DNA of 64,000 nucleotides from Felis catus (taxonomy: Eukaryota), in NCBI RefSeq assembly GCF_018350175.1, contig NC_058368.1:196232001-196296000 (forward strand), written 5' to 3'. The translations under genes were made by a program, and so were the position numbers. The notes below the pieces were generated by a model, which was not told where the DNA came from, made no database searches, and saw only the letters and a program-made list of their open reading frames with translations. Of this stretch, positions 12,969 through 25,170 are shown piece by piece. Position 1 is the stretch's first letter. The number at the start of each line of letters is the position of its first letter.

Positions 12969-15769
12969 CATTTGCAACCATGGAACAAAAAAGTCACATA
13001 TTCTCAGAACCAAAGGCCATTGAATTGCAGAAGCCAAAGATTCTAGAACCCCAGAATGCAGCATCTCAGCACCATATGTCCTAAAACGAACAATAAAATA
13101 TCCCTAATACCATAAAACATGGTCTCTCACAAACTACCAGCACGTGGATACCAAGCGTGCCTTGAAGGTTCGATCCTCTCATTTTGACGCGAGGACGCTG
13201 AGGCCCCGAGAGATTAAGGGTAGAATGAAATAACATATGTGAGAGAGCCTTGTCAAGCATAATGGGTTCTTCAAGTATCAGGGATATTTGAAAAAGCGCC
13301 CCCTCAAAGTCACACGGCTTTCTCGCGCGGAGAACTAGGACTGAAATCAGCTTTCACGACTCCCGTCCCTGCGTCTGTTGCCTTCTTGCCTGCGAGCGCC
13401 TCCACCCCCCCAGCTCTGATGAGGTCCTTGAGACTCTGACTCAGGCCCAGCCTCTGCGGGGAGCTGGGGGAGCCTCTGCAGAGGCTGGGCCTGCTGGGCC
13501 CTCTCCAGAGACGGGAGCAGAGGCAGAGAAGGGGAGGCCGTGCTCAGGGGGCCTGGGCAGGGGGAATCACGCAGTGTTGTGGCATGTGTGTTGGGACTGG
13601 GGGAGTCGGGAGGCACATTTAGTCTTCTCCCTTCTCTGAGCTGGAGGGGTCCCACCTGCAACATCAGCCTGTTGCTGATTCCCTTGACCTCCAAGGGAGA
13701 ACCCACTTTGTGATTCGAGTTCAGCTTTTTTTCTGGAGCCTCAGTTGCTTCTTTCATCTAGCAGTCAGGAAATTAACCAGTGCTTTTCCTAACCCCCCTG
13801 GGGCTTCAAGCATAGTTCCCAGGGTCTTATCTGTCAGGAGAATAAGGCTCCATCCCGGGGGTGTCGTGGAGAATGTCAGTGGGGTACAGGACACTAGGTA
13901 AGGCAAGGTCTTAAGGGCTGTTGATGTGATGAAGGGAGAAGAAATCCATCACTCTCTTGGGAAAGACCCTATCCCTTGGCTCCTAGGAGCATGACCTTTA
14001 TTTCTGCATGTACCTGGAATTTATAGGATTCCCTTGGCCCAGGGCCAACCGCCCTGAAAAATCGAAGCCCCAGGGTATGGTGACAGGCTGGGCCATGTGG
14101 GGTAGTCAGGTACGCTACTCTGACTCGGTACCTCCAGGTACCCGAATTTTAGAATTGTCCACTAGCCATGGGTGCAGAGTGTGGCCCTGTCCGTACTCTG
14201 TAGGGAGAGGGGACCTCTGGCAGGGGTGCGGCGGGGCAGCGGTTTGCCCCCACCACAAAGCCAATGTGCCCTTTCTCCCAAAGACCAGACCTGAGGGAAC
14301 TCCTCCGGACTAGCCTCCAAGGCCACAGAGCTGCCCCCTTCTCGTGGAGGGCACCTCATCCACCAGGCTCAAATTTTCACACCCACTTCTGAAGTGTGCT
14401 CTCTCTCCGTCTCCCCCAAGAGCTGTTTCATGTGGCTTGTGGGAGGGGAAATACCACGGGGGGCGGTTGCTTCTCTGTAGTTGCCCAGCTGGGGTGGCAG
14501 CAGCTTCCTGAGGGAGCCAGGGGCCCTGGGAGTTCAGTGATGTGGATTCCTGTGCAAATTTCAGGCAACCTTGCCACTGACCCCACCAACACGGCTGACC
14601 CTTCTTGGCTCACCGTCCTCCAGACAGGCGCCTGAGAAGGAGGGGGAAAGGGCCACTTCTCCTCCGGCCGGGCCCTGCGAAGCGTCGAAGCCATTCTCTC
14701 CGCATTAATCATGGAAAAGCCAGCACGCCCGAGCCTGGGAGGGAGAAAGCGCCTTTTTCATCTGTCTGGCTACAGGGCTTGAGAGCGGTGAACTCAAAAG
14801 TTCAGCCCTGGCCAAGCTCTTGCTTTTGACAGCTCTCCTGACCCATCTTCAGCCTCTTCCGCCCACACCCGCAAAGGGCGAAAGGATTAAGTCAATTTCA
14901 CTTTTTCTGAGAAAAATGCTCCATAGCCCGTCTTATCCACTCTGCGGTGGAGGCCAGCTCATGGCTCCTTGGTGCCCGGCAGTGGGCTCCCCGCCCTCCC
15001 TGGCCGTTACCTTGGGCTGGGACTGTTAAGTATTTCCTCATTAAAGCCCTGGCGGCTGGGCTCAGGTCCGCAAGCCAACACCAATAGTTACAACTGCCCC
15101 GGAATGTTTGGACAGATTTCTGCAGTTACGAGTTTATGAAGTTGAAAGGTTTTGTAGACGGGGACTATGTTGGTGTTAAGGGAGACCATTTCTCCAGGGG
15201 GCCTGAGTTTGCTGTCTTAAGATCCCAGAGGCAGGAAGAGGAGGGGAGAGGGCCAGAAGGAACCAGGGTGGCCAACCAAGGAGTAAGAATAATGAGCCCA
15301 GACTATGAGGGGTCTGCTGCGTTAGGGACAGCAGTGAGGGAGCGCACCAAGGGGCACCCTTGCCTCCAAATGAGGAAATGCAAAGTGCATGAAAGGGGAG
15401 TGCTGAATTCTGAGCACCTTTTGCGACCAAAGGAACAGCCATTTGATCTTCATTGTTTTCTGTTCCCAAATCAGAAAACCTCAGGGCAAGATCGGGGAGT
15501 CTCTGGGGCAGGCCTCAAAGGGGCTGGGGACACCCTCTCCAAACCTGATGCAAAATGTTGTGTGTAGGTGCTTTCTCAGGGAAAGGATCCCTAAATTGTG
15601 TTATATTTGAAAAGGCATCTGTGACCAGAGCTGAGCAACACCCACCCTCCCACTGCATTGATAAGCAAATTGAGGTCCCTGCTAGTCAGTCCTCCACTCT
15701 TTCATCAAATGGAAGCATTGAGGCCACTGTAGGGAACCAGACAGAAGGTCCCAGCTGGCCTGATTGCTG

Positions 15770-16205
15770 ATTATCACAGACAGGGAAAGGGGAGACACAC
15801 AGACAATAAAGCACACAAACAAGAAATGTTCAGATGATTGGGAGGACTGTGAAGACGCAGACGTGGGCTCGCTGTATGGTTCTCAGGGTTGGGGAAACCT
15901 CTCTGAGGAGTGACATTGCTGCTGGGGCTCCAAATGCAAGAAGGAGACGGCTACGGGAAGGTCTGGGGAAGAGAGTTCGAGGCAGAGGGAACAGCCAGTG
16001 CAAAGGTCCTGAGGGCGAATGAGCTTGGAGGGAAGGCAGGAGGCTAGCATGGGGGGTGGGGGTGGCTAGCCTGGCCTCTGAACAAGAGGCAGAGATACAA
16101 GCAGATGAGGCAGGCAAGATGGGTCACGTAGGGCCATGGTAAGGAGTTTGGGGTTTATTCTGGGTACAGTTGGAAGCCATGGAGAGTTTGGAACAGAGAG
16201 GACAG
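15770..16205 (-). mobile_element. L2 fragment
   Basis: ggcagagggaacagccagtgcaaaggtcctgagg...ggccatggtaaggagtttgggtttattct...ggaagccatggagag. Confidence 0.7.
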
Positions 16206-16830
16206 AGGTCCCAAGAGGGCCAGATAGTACCCACCGCGAGAATCTCCAACTTAGAATTCCCGAAGGCGGGCCCAGCGTGCTGCCCAGTCTACCACACTGC
16301 CTCTTCCCCAGGCTGTCCTGCTTCACTCCCGCTGTGCTCTCTGGAGACAGAGGGCATTCAAGAAAGGGTGGGGTGGCCTTGCCTCCTTGACCATTGCAGT
16401 GATTGAGCTGCAGGCCGCTCTGTATGAAAGGGCTTTACTGTGACATCAGGCCCAGAGAGGGAAAGGGGCTTGCTTAAGGTCACACAGTACATTCGTGGCA
16501 GAGCAGGAAGTTGACCTACCTTCTCTCCCAGGCGGTGGTCTCTCCATTGGTGCACGTGCTCTGGTTTATCACAGCACACTCCGGTCCTGACAGTCATCCA
16601 CAGGCCGGGGCCAGGCTGGGGCCCTGACAGGGGGTGGCTAGGGGTCTGCAGTCAGAGGGAATGATAGACAATGAGGAGCGGAGTGGTGCTGAAAGGGAAG
16701 CGCAGAGAGTGGCCAGGAAACTCCGTAATTCTTCCTGTTCTGCAGGAAGAACCACCGAAATGAAGAGGCAAGGCACCGTCTTCATTTCTCTTTTAAAGAA
16801 ATTCGTATTTGTATTAAAAAGTAAGTTATA

Positions 16831-17059
16831 GGGGCACCTGGGTGGCACAGTCGGTTAAGCGTCCAACTTCAGCCAGGTCACGATCTCGCGGTCTGTGAGT
16901 TCGAGCCCCGCGTCGGGCTCTGGGCTGATGGCTCAGAGCCTGGAGCCTGTTTCTGATTCTGTGTCTCCCTCTCTCTCTGCCCCTCCCCCGTTCATGCTCT
17001 GTCTCTCTCTGTCCCAAAAATAAATAAACGTTGAAAAAAAAATTAAAAAAAAAAAAAAA
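16831..17059 (+). mobile_element. Young full-length feline CAN-SINE
   Basis: Intact head, CpGs retained, long A-tail, perfect TSD aaaaagtaagttata. Confidence 0.94.
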
Positions 17060-17322
17060 GTAAGTTATATAGAAACGTAGAGAAAATTCACCTGTGGTCC
17101 GAAACCCCCCAAACATAGCCGTCGAGGAACAATGTGGTATATTGCAGATTTTGGTTCTGTTTCACGTAACACTTCCATCAGCCAGCGGCGTATAAAGAGC
17201 TGGGCTTCTGGGACAGGTGGCAGGGCTCATGTCCTGGGTGTGTGACCCATGCAGTCACACTGGACCCTGCACTTAGGAGGGCCCTAGGCTTGGCTGAATG
17301 TTCTGCTGTCACCATTTTGACA

Positions 17323-17532
17323 TTTTTTTTTTTTTAATGTTTATTTTTGAGAAGGAGAATGACAAAGTGTGAGCGGGGGAGGGGCAGAGAGAGAGGGAGA
17401 CAGAGTCTGAAGCAGGCTCCAGGCCCTGAGCTGTCAGCAGAGAGCCCGCTGCGAGGCTCGAACCCACGAACCGCGAGATCATGACCTGAGCCGAAATCGG
17501 ACCCTTAACTGACCGAGCCACCAAGATGCCCC
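17323..17532 (-). mobile_element. CAN-SINE inserted in a MER91-like element
   Basis: Typical SINEC sequence on the reverse strand. Confidence 0.9.
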
Positions 17533-17542
17533 ATTGAAATTC

Positions 17543-17544
<2 letters not shown>

Positions 17545-17581
<37 letters not shown>

Positions 17582-17760
17582 TTTTTGAGACAGAGAATGA
17601 ATGGGGGAGGGTCAGAGAGAGGGAGACACAGAATCTGAAACAGGCTCCAGGCTCCGAGTTGTCAGCACAGAGCCCGACGTGGGGCTCGAACCCACGGACC
17701 GCGAGATCGTGACCTGAGCCGAAATCGGACCCTTAACTGACTGAGCCACCCAGGCGCCCC
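17545..17760 (-). mobile_element. CAN-SINE with (TAAA)n tail
   Basis: SINEC body, (TTTA)n at 17545-17585, TSD attgaaattctt at 17533 and 17761. Confidence 0.92.
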
Positions 17761-18434
17761 ATTGAAATTCTTAACAATGTTTGAACTCAGGGCCCAACAT
17801 GTTCACTGTGCACTGGGCTTGCAAACTCTAGCTGGTCGTGCCAGGGTGGTCTGGGTGAGCACCCAGCTCTGCCTCCACTCGCTGTGTGGCCCTGCCCATG
17901 ACTTTGTTTCCTAGGGCGTCAGACGGCGATAACTGGAGTATGTTCCTTGCAGCGTTGTCATGAGAAGTGCATGAGATCAGCTTGAGGGAGCTGTGGGCAA
18001 GCAGGTGCCCCCTAGGGCCATTCTGCTTCTTCCTCTGTGGTTTTGTTCATTTCCTCCCCTCTCCCTGGAGCTCTGCCTTGGCCCTGGGTGGCCGGTGGTC
18101 CCTGCTCTTCCTGGTCTAAGCCAGTGCCCCTTCCTCCAAGAAGGCTTTTCCAGGATCTGCATCTGGAGAGACCTTCCCTGAACCTTACAGCACTTTGGTG
18201 CAGTCTTATGAGGCCCCAGTTTCTACTTCGGATTATGAGAGCTTAGGTTCAGCGATTTCTTTCTCCCCAACTGTACTCTCAGCCCTGGTATTTCATAGAC
18301 CAGACGCATTCCAAAAAGATTTAAAAATTAAAAACTGGGAGACCAAAAGTAGGGTTGGCAACTATTTCTTTTGCTAAAGACATTCTTAAAAGGCTATTGT
18401 TTAATATAGTGATGATTTCCTTAAAGGGAGTATA

Positions 18435-18660
18435 TTTTTTTAAATGTTTATTTATTTTTGAGAGAGAGAGACATAGAGAGAGAGAGACATAGCACGAGCA
18501 GGAGAGGGAAAGAAAGACTGGGAGACACAGAATCTGAAGCAGGCTCCAGACTCCGAGCTGTCAGCACAAAGCTCAACATGGGACTCCAGCTCACAAGAGG
18601 TGACATCATGACCTGAGCTGAAGTCAGACGCTTAACTGACTGAGCCACCCAGGTGCCCCC
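18435..18660 (-). mobile_element. CAN-SINE (probably inserted in the A-tail of the neighbouring SINE)
   Basis: SINEC sequence; the outer TSD agggagta flanks the pair (about 18425 and 18876). Confidence 0.88.
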
Positions 18661-18663
18661 ACA

Positions 18664-18875
18664 TTTTTTTTAAGTTTGTTTATTTATTTTGAGAAAGAGA
18701 GAGAGCATAAGCAGGGGAGGGACAGAGAGAGAGCGAGAGCGAGAGAATCCCAAGTAGGATCTGTGCTGTCAGCATGGAGCCCAATGCGGGACTTGATCTC
18801 ACAAACTGTGAGATCACGAACTGAGCTGAGATCAAGAGTTGGATGCTTAACTGACTGAGCCACCCAGGACACCCC
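18664..18875 (-). mobile_element. CAN-SINE (older copy)
   Basis: SINEC head, CT stretch and tail on the reverse strand. Confidence 0.88.
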
Positions 18876-19584
18876 AGGGAGTACTTTTTGACATCAAACA
18901 AATCACAACCCCTGAGCAAAAGACAATTCTTTAAACTGAGTGAATGGAGCTTTGGTAACAACTAGATTGTTCTTACTCTCCCTTTGCTACAGTGAAATCT
19001 CCCCCTTGGACCACACTTCGGGCTGTTCCTCATCAGACTCTGCCTGGTTCTGCTTAAGGAGACCCTTGGCATTGCTCCCTGCCCTCACGGGGTTCCCCCC
19101 ACTCCCTGCCAGACCCTGACAGCTATGATATTCAAGGGGTTATTTTTTTCGCCTTGAAAAAGCAGCAGGGTCAGTGGATTCCAAAAACTGTTATTAATCC
19201 TTAAAAAAATTCCACGTTCCAACCAAAATGTGGACATGCTTTGAAATGTTTGTAGTGCCTCCCTTCCCTCTCAGCTTTCAAGAAGTGAGGACTTCAAAGG
19301 CCATTTCCTTGCTGAAATAAACACTGGGGCTGGAGGTAGGGGAGAGAAACACGGGCTTGTTGAGTGGAAAAGAAAATTGCATTTTTCTTCTAAAAGGCAT
19401 CCAGACCTATCACCGTGAAAATGGCCCCTGGTCTGGAGGACAAGGGCTGGGGGTGTATGTGGGCTGTGATGACAGGCCCCTTGGCCCTTGTGTGCTCCAA
19501 GTTGGGGTCGGGGGTGAGCCTGGGTGACTCTGTGTGCAGGGCCGTGTTAGCGACTGTGAAACGTTTCATCAGCTGAGCTTAAGA

Positions 19585-19790
19585 GCTTGACTTCGGAGCC
19601 TCCTGGCTTCCATGGCAGGACATCCCCTTAGTAGCTGCGGGGATGTAACTCTCCCCGCCTCAGTTTCCTCATCTGTAGAATGGGGATAACAGTTTTTGTG
19701 AGGATCAAGCCATCAATGCACGTGTCATTGTTTAGAGCAGTGCCTGACGCTGGATGGTAAGCACTAGACAAATGATAGCTGTTGAAATCA
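19585..19790 (+). mobile_element. MIR
   Basis: gcctcagtttcctcatctgtagaatggggataa...tgtgaggat...agcagtgcctgac. Confidence 0.7.
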
Positions 19791-20133
19791 CTATTGTTTA
19801 TGGAAATGTCTAGAGGGCAAGATAGCTATCTAACTCTCGTCTCCAAGGTTTTGCCCATATTTGAAAAGATCCATGATTCTGATTACTTCCTAACCCTACC
19901 CCCGACTCCCTCAGGAGGGGAGCACAGTGGATTCCCTGGAAAAGGAGCAGGCCCTTAGCTGCCCCCCGCACCCCCCCTCTGTCCCGCTGGCCCCAGCAAG
20001 CCCTGCCCTGACCTGGGGGCGGGGAGCGGACAGGCCCTGCTCTTCTGAAAGACACAGAGGGCTTTGTGTCACTGCCCTGTCTCAAAGGCCCTGCTCAACC
20101 ACCTACTAAGACAAGTGCCAGAGGGACGCACTT

Positions 20134-20212
20134 TATTGTTGTTGTTACTATTATTGTTGTGTTTGTTGTTGTTGTGCTGCTATGACTGTTGTCGTCATTG
20201 TTGTTGCTGTTA
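20134..20212. repeat. Degenerate (TTG)n repeat
   Basis: ttattgttgttgttactattattgttgtgtttgttgttgttg... Confidence 0.8.
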
Positions 20213-22438
20213 AATGGAGCCTGCCTAGAGGGTGGCCTCCTGGGACATCCTCCAACACCACCTGGGGGTCAGCCAGGCCCTGACTCAGGGGGGAAACCCT
20301 CAGGGGTTGTGCCCCAGTCACAGGGGAAGGGGAGTCAGAGGGGAGCCACAGGGGTAAGGCAGGAGGGGAGGGAGGTGGTCTGTAAGCTGCAGCAGGGCAG
20401 AGATTGGGGAATGTGTTCGGGGCCTGTCCCCAGCACGTGTCAAAGAGAGGCGGGGAGGGACTGCCCCGTGGAGAGGTCAGGCAGTGGAGCCCACGGCAAG
20501 GCAGGGACAGCTCCGAGAGCAAGGATCTGTTATCCCAGGCTGTAGAGACAGGAGAGAGGTCCCGGCTTGGTTGGAAGAGGGTGTCTTACTGGGCAGCTAG
20601 GGAGCAAGGGTTCCTGGGAAAGCAGGCCAGGCCCCGGGGGCTGCCACGGTCCACACCAGGGAGCCAGCCTCCCTCCCCCTCCCCTGACTGACCACTTGGG
20701 CCCCGTGTCTCTTCCTCAGAGAAGCCTTCCCTAACTCCTCCCTGGCCCTCAGCCTGTGACCCTTTCCAGTATCACTTAGTGCCCCTGTTCTCCTTCACTG
20801 CACTGACCGTAAGCCTAGTTTCTTGTTTGGGTAAAATGTTAACTGTCTCTTCCTTGGAGAATGTAAGACCCAGAGGAGATGGCCTCCATATCCCCTGGGC
20901 TCAGCTCCATGCCTGGGGCAGAGCCAGCTGGCAATAAATATTGGTTGAGTAGATAAATACAAAAAGACGTCACTTAGCAACAGCAATGGTGAGAAAAGAA
21001 AAGGCATTTTAGGTGATCTTGGCTAAATTCATAGATGTAGGTAATGTTTCCTTTTTTCCTTCCTTTGTTCCATCCTTGCCTCCCTCCTTCCTTTCCTTCT
21101 CTCTTTCCCTCTCTTCCTTCCACAGTACATCGAGCATCTGCTATGCACCCAGTCCTATGTTAGGCCCCGGACTGCTGTGTTGAACAAGACAGAGAAGGTC
21201 CCTGTTGGTATAGGGCTCGTGTTCTTGGGTGGGCATTAAGGCCAGGTGAAGATGACCCCGACATATTCCAAAGCGGGGCTGGCTGTTGAACTGTGGAAAA
21301 GCAGACTGCAAGGGCTTTCATCCTGCCCAGCCTCTTTTGGGATGGAGGAAAGAGCCTCAGAGGGGGAAAGGACTTGCCTACACAGGGGGCAGGACCAGGA
21401 GTCCCGGCCTTTATCTGAGTTCCCGCCACTGCGCCTTCCCTCAGCCCCTCCAGGTCAGGGGCCAGAAGTCCCTACGGGACCCCAGCAGGCTAGAGTCACG
21501 TGACACACAGAGAGCTCCTTGGAGCCTCCCAGAGATTGCCCAGGTTAATACTCTCATTATGCACATGAGGAGACGGAGGGCCTGAGAGAGAGGGGCCATT
21601 CCCAGGCCACACAGTGAGCAGAACCAGTGCGGTCTCCCAACAAACCGGGCCCGTCCTTTCTGAAGCCTGGCACGGCGCTCAAGAGGGGCCCAATGAATCC
21701 GAGCCTGCAGGAGGAAGGCATCAACGGAGGCCCACCAGCTAAAGGGAGACGCGATGGCCGCAACGCATTTTGCGTCTCTATGTTGCGGAGGCTGTTTCCT
21801 TGTGGTGATGAGCAAAGCAATATTAATGGGTGTTTATTCAAGTTTGCCGTGTGTCAGGCACTGTGCTGACTTAACTGCATTGCCTCCAAATTTAATCCTC
21901 GCGACAACCACATGTGGTAGCAACCTTCTCCCCACGTGAGAGAGAAGGCAGGAAGAGTTTCAGAGCCAGTAACCGAGCTAAGGAAACCAGGAGAAAGGAA
22001 GAGTTCATGAGAGAACTCTGGGACTGGAGGGGGAGGGGGTGAGGGCCCAGCCTGCTTAATTGGCCACGTTGCAGGAAAGACTACCATTTCAGGAATGCTG
22101 AACAGCTCATGTGAGACGGTGAGAGAGAGGTCAAAGGCTGAGGGCCAGTCTCCGCATCTGTGCCTCGGGTTTCAGGCTGCAGAGGCCCTTCCCACCCCCT
22201 GCCTCGTTTGGGTCTCATAAGAACCTGGTTGGGGGTGGGGGCGTCCTTTTCTCCATCTTACCATGAAGGATAACATGGCCTAAAAAAGGGGAGTGCCCGA
22301 GGTCGCCTTGGGTGCTGATGGCAGAGCCCAGGTGTCCCAGTACCAGGACCAGAGTTCCTGCTCAACCTTGCGCCTCTCAGTTTCTTCCACCCTCAAGGGA
22401 AAACCAGAGGCCCAAGGGCCATGCGGTCTGCCTCCTGG

Positions 22439-22885
22439 TGTTGCGGTTGAACTGTGTTCCCCTGGAAAGATACTTTGTTGCTGTCCTGACACCAGCACCT
22501 GTGAATGTGACCTTATTTGGAAATAGAGTCTTGCAGCTGAAGTCTTCCTGGATGGGAATGGGGCGCTAATCCAATACGACTTTGTCCTTATTAGAAGGGA
22601 AGAATGCCATGGGAAGATATGGACACTCAAGGAGAAGACCCCACGAGGCGACAGAGGCAGAAATTGGGGGCAAGCCAAGGAATGTCAAGGCAAGGATCGA
22701 CGGCCACCACCAGAAGCTAGGAAGAGACAAGGCAGGATTCTGCCCGGCGTCTCAGAGGGAGCATGACCCCGCTGACACCTGATTTTAGACATCTAGCCTC
22801 CAGAACTGTGAGAGAATACATTTCTGTTGTTTTAACCCAGCCAGTTTGGGGTACTTTGTTACGGGAGCCCTGGCAAACTAATACA
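22439..22885 (+). mobile_element. MLT1 (ERVL-MaLR) solo LTR
   Basis: TG...CA ends; hallmark gaatgtgaccttatttggaaatag and ccagaactgtgagagaatacatttctgttgttttaa...aactaataca. Confidence 0.85.
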
Positions 22886-23504
22886 CTTGATGTCTCATCT
22901 TTCTACCTAGTATGCAAAGTGACCCTCAAAATAAGGGGAAGCGTCCCTGATCTTCAATGCACAGGCCAGAAGCAAGGCCAAGGCAGGATTTCAGTAAGCA
23001 AGGATCATGCTGATAGTTTAATGCTTGTAAATATCTTACTATGTGCCGGGCACTGTTCTATTGCTTTATAGATAGTCACACACTGAATCCTCCCAATGGC
23101 TCTGAGAGCAGTACGATACTATTGCTATCTCCACTCGAGTACTTTAATACTCCTTTCAGTCCATTCTAGAGAGGCGAAGTGACGAATCTAGGACCACACA
23201 GCTAGTAATAAGCAGAGCCCAGATCCAAACGCAGGCGGTATATCTCTACCATGATGCTGGTTTTGGCAAACATGGAGGCGTTTATCATCCCTGCCAGAGA
23301 GAGATGCATAAGCTAAGCCCCAGGAGCGGAAGAGTCAAGGGCACTTTGGGGGAAATAGTTTTCCAAGGCAGGGAACTCAGGGAAGGAACCATGGCTTCTA
23401 CAGGAACATGAAGGCTTGGACTTGGCCAGTGTCCGCACGGGACAGTAGATCAGGCTGTGGGCTCTGGGAAGGGGCTGCGTCTTCAGCATGATTCTGGATG
23501 GTAT

Positions 23505-23800
23505 GCCATATGAGTCAGAATACTTAGATTACGCTGCGGTAAATCAACACCTGAAAGTTTTAATGGCTTGTAACATCCAGGCTTAGTTCTCGCTCCTGTG
23601 ATACATTCACTATGTCTCCTTCTCACTCAGGGACCCTCACTCTGGAAAAGAGGGTGTTGGAGGGCCTCCCCCCCCCAGCAGTGACATGCTCCAGCTCATA
23701 ACATGGTGCAATTCAGAACCGGCACTGGTCATGTGGTCCTACCACCACAAAGAGACCAGGTGGTGTCATCCTTCCCCGAGCCGGGAGGCAGAAACCCAGG
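23505..23800 (-). mobile_element. Old MLT1-type LTR remnant
   Basis: Degenerate MLT1J/K-like sequence (tagattacgctgcggtaa...aatggcttgtaaca). Confidence 0.4.
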
Positions 23801-24161
23801 AATGCTCGGTGGACAGCACTAATGAGAACCACAGAGCTAAGGTGCACTAAAGGACAAGGTACGCACACCATCACACCATCTCCTTTTAGCTTTGAGATTC
23901 TTTCAAGGAGAAAGCCCCCTTCAGTACCAGCGTTTCACCAACCCCTTTCCAACCTGTGTTGATCTCTCTCATCAACTGTGAACACCTCTCGGGTTCCAGT
24001 CTGTGAACAACAACAGCATTTTCAGACTTCAGTTAGAATGTACTAATATTATTTGGCTTTTGTGGCATGCATTTTTGCCTTTGTCCAACATGCATTTTCC
24101 ATTAGTAGCAGTAATAAGAAGTTTCCTTTGAGAAAAAAATTAATTTAAATAAAACACAACA

Positions 24162-24384
24162 GGGGCGGGCGCCTGGGTGGCTCAGTCGGTTGGGTGTCTG
24201 ACTTCGGCTCAGGTCATGATCTCGCAGTTCGTGGGTTCGAGCCCCGCATTGGGCTCTGTGCTGACAGCTCGGAGCCTGGAGACTGCTTCAGATTCTGTGT
24301 CTCCCTCTCTCTGTCCCTCCCCCACTTACGCTTTGTCTCTCTCTCTCTCTCAAAAATAAATAAACGTTTAAAATTTTTTTTTAA
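24162..24384 (+). mobile_element. CAN-SINE
   Basis: Full SINEC; TSD aaaacacaaca at 24151 and 24385. Confidence 0.92.
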
Positions 24385-24395
24385 AAAACACAACA

Positions 24396-24621
24396 GGGGC
24401 GCCTGAGTGGCGCAGTCGGTTAAGCGTCCGACTTCAGCCAGGTCACGATCTCGCGGTCCGGGAGTTCGAGCCCCGCGTCGGGCTCTGGGCTGATGGCTCA
24501 GAGCCTGGAGCCTATTTCCGATTCTGTGTCTCCCTCTCTCTCTGCCCCTCCCCCGTTCATGCTCTGTCTCTCTCTGTCCCAAAAATAAATAAACGTTGAA
24601 AAAAAATTTATAAAAAAATAA
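24396..24621 (+). mobile_element. Young feline CAN-SINE
   Basis: CpG-rich intact copy; TSD aaaacacaaca at 24385 and 24622. Confidence 0.93.
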
Positions 24622-24650
24622 AAAACACAACAAAAAATACTAGAGTGAAC

Positions 24651-24941
24651 TTTTTTTTTTAAATTTTTTTTTCAACATTTTTTATTTATTTTTGGGACAG
24701 AGAGAGACAGAGCATGAACAGGGGAGGGGCAGAGAGAGAGGGAGACACAGAATCGGAAACAGGCTCCAGGCTCTGAGCCATCAGCCCAGAGCCCGACGCA
24801 GGGCTCGAACTCCCGGACCGCGAGATCGTGACCTGATTGAAGTCGGACGCTTAACCGACTGCGCCACCCAGGCGCCTCCCCCCCTTTTTTTTTTTTAATT
24901 TTTTTTTCAACATTTTTTATTTATTTTTGGGACAGAGAGAG
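24651..24941 (-). mobile_element. Young feline CAN-SINE plus an extra SINE 3' fragment inside one TSD
   Basis: Full element 24651-24878 and tail fragment 24885-24941; TSD tagagtgaactttt at 24641 and 24942. Confidence 0.9.
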
Positions 24942-24954
24942 TAGAGTGAACTTT

Positions 24955-25170
24955 TGAGTCAGAAGGCTTTGGTTCAAATCTGGATTCTTCCACTTAGTAG
25001 TTCCTTGACCTCGGGCATGTAAGGGAACCTCTCTAAGCCTCACAGTTTCCCTATCTGGAAAATGGCACTAACATGGGTGACCACATCGTGGGATTGTCGT
25101 GAAATGTTGGTCAAGCTCTTACCATACTGCCTGACCCATAACAAGTTCTCAATGTCAGCAGTTATTATTA
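24955..25170 (+). mobile_element. MIR
   Basis: ggttcaaatc...cttccacttagtag...tgacctcgggca...cagtttccctatctggaaaatgg. Confidence 0.7.

Larger units (their letters stand above)
17221..17840 (+). mobile_element. MER91-like hAT DNA transposon remnant split by two SINEs
   Basis: cagggctc...gtgacccatgcagtcacac...tctgctgtcaccatt resumes after the SINEs as gaaattcttaacaatgtttgaac...gcactgggc; resembles MER91A from memory. Confidence 0.55.

Noticed and set aside
16831..16915. tRNA-like A/B boxes
   Set aside because: These are the tRNA-derived heads of SINEs, not tRNA genes.
16826..17116. Recurrent similar ORFs (MAQSVK..., GQRETEHERGRG...) suggesting a repeated gene family
   Set aside because: They are translations of CAN-SINE copies.
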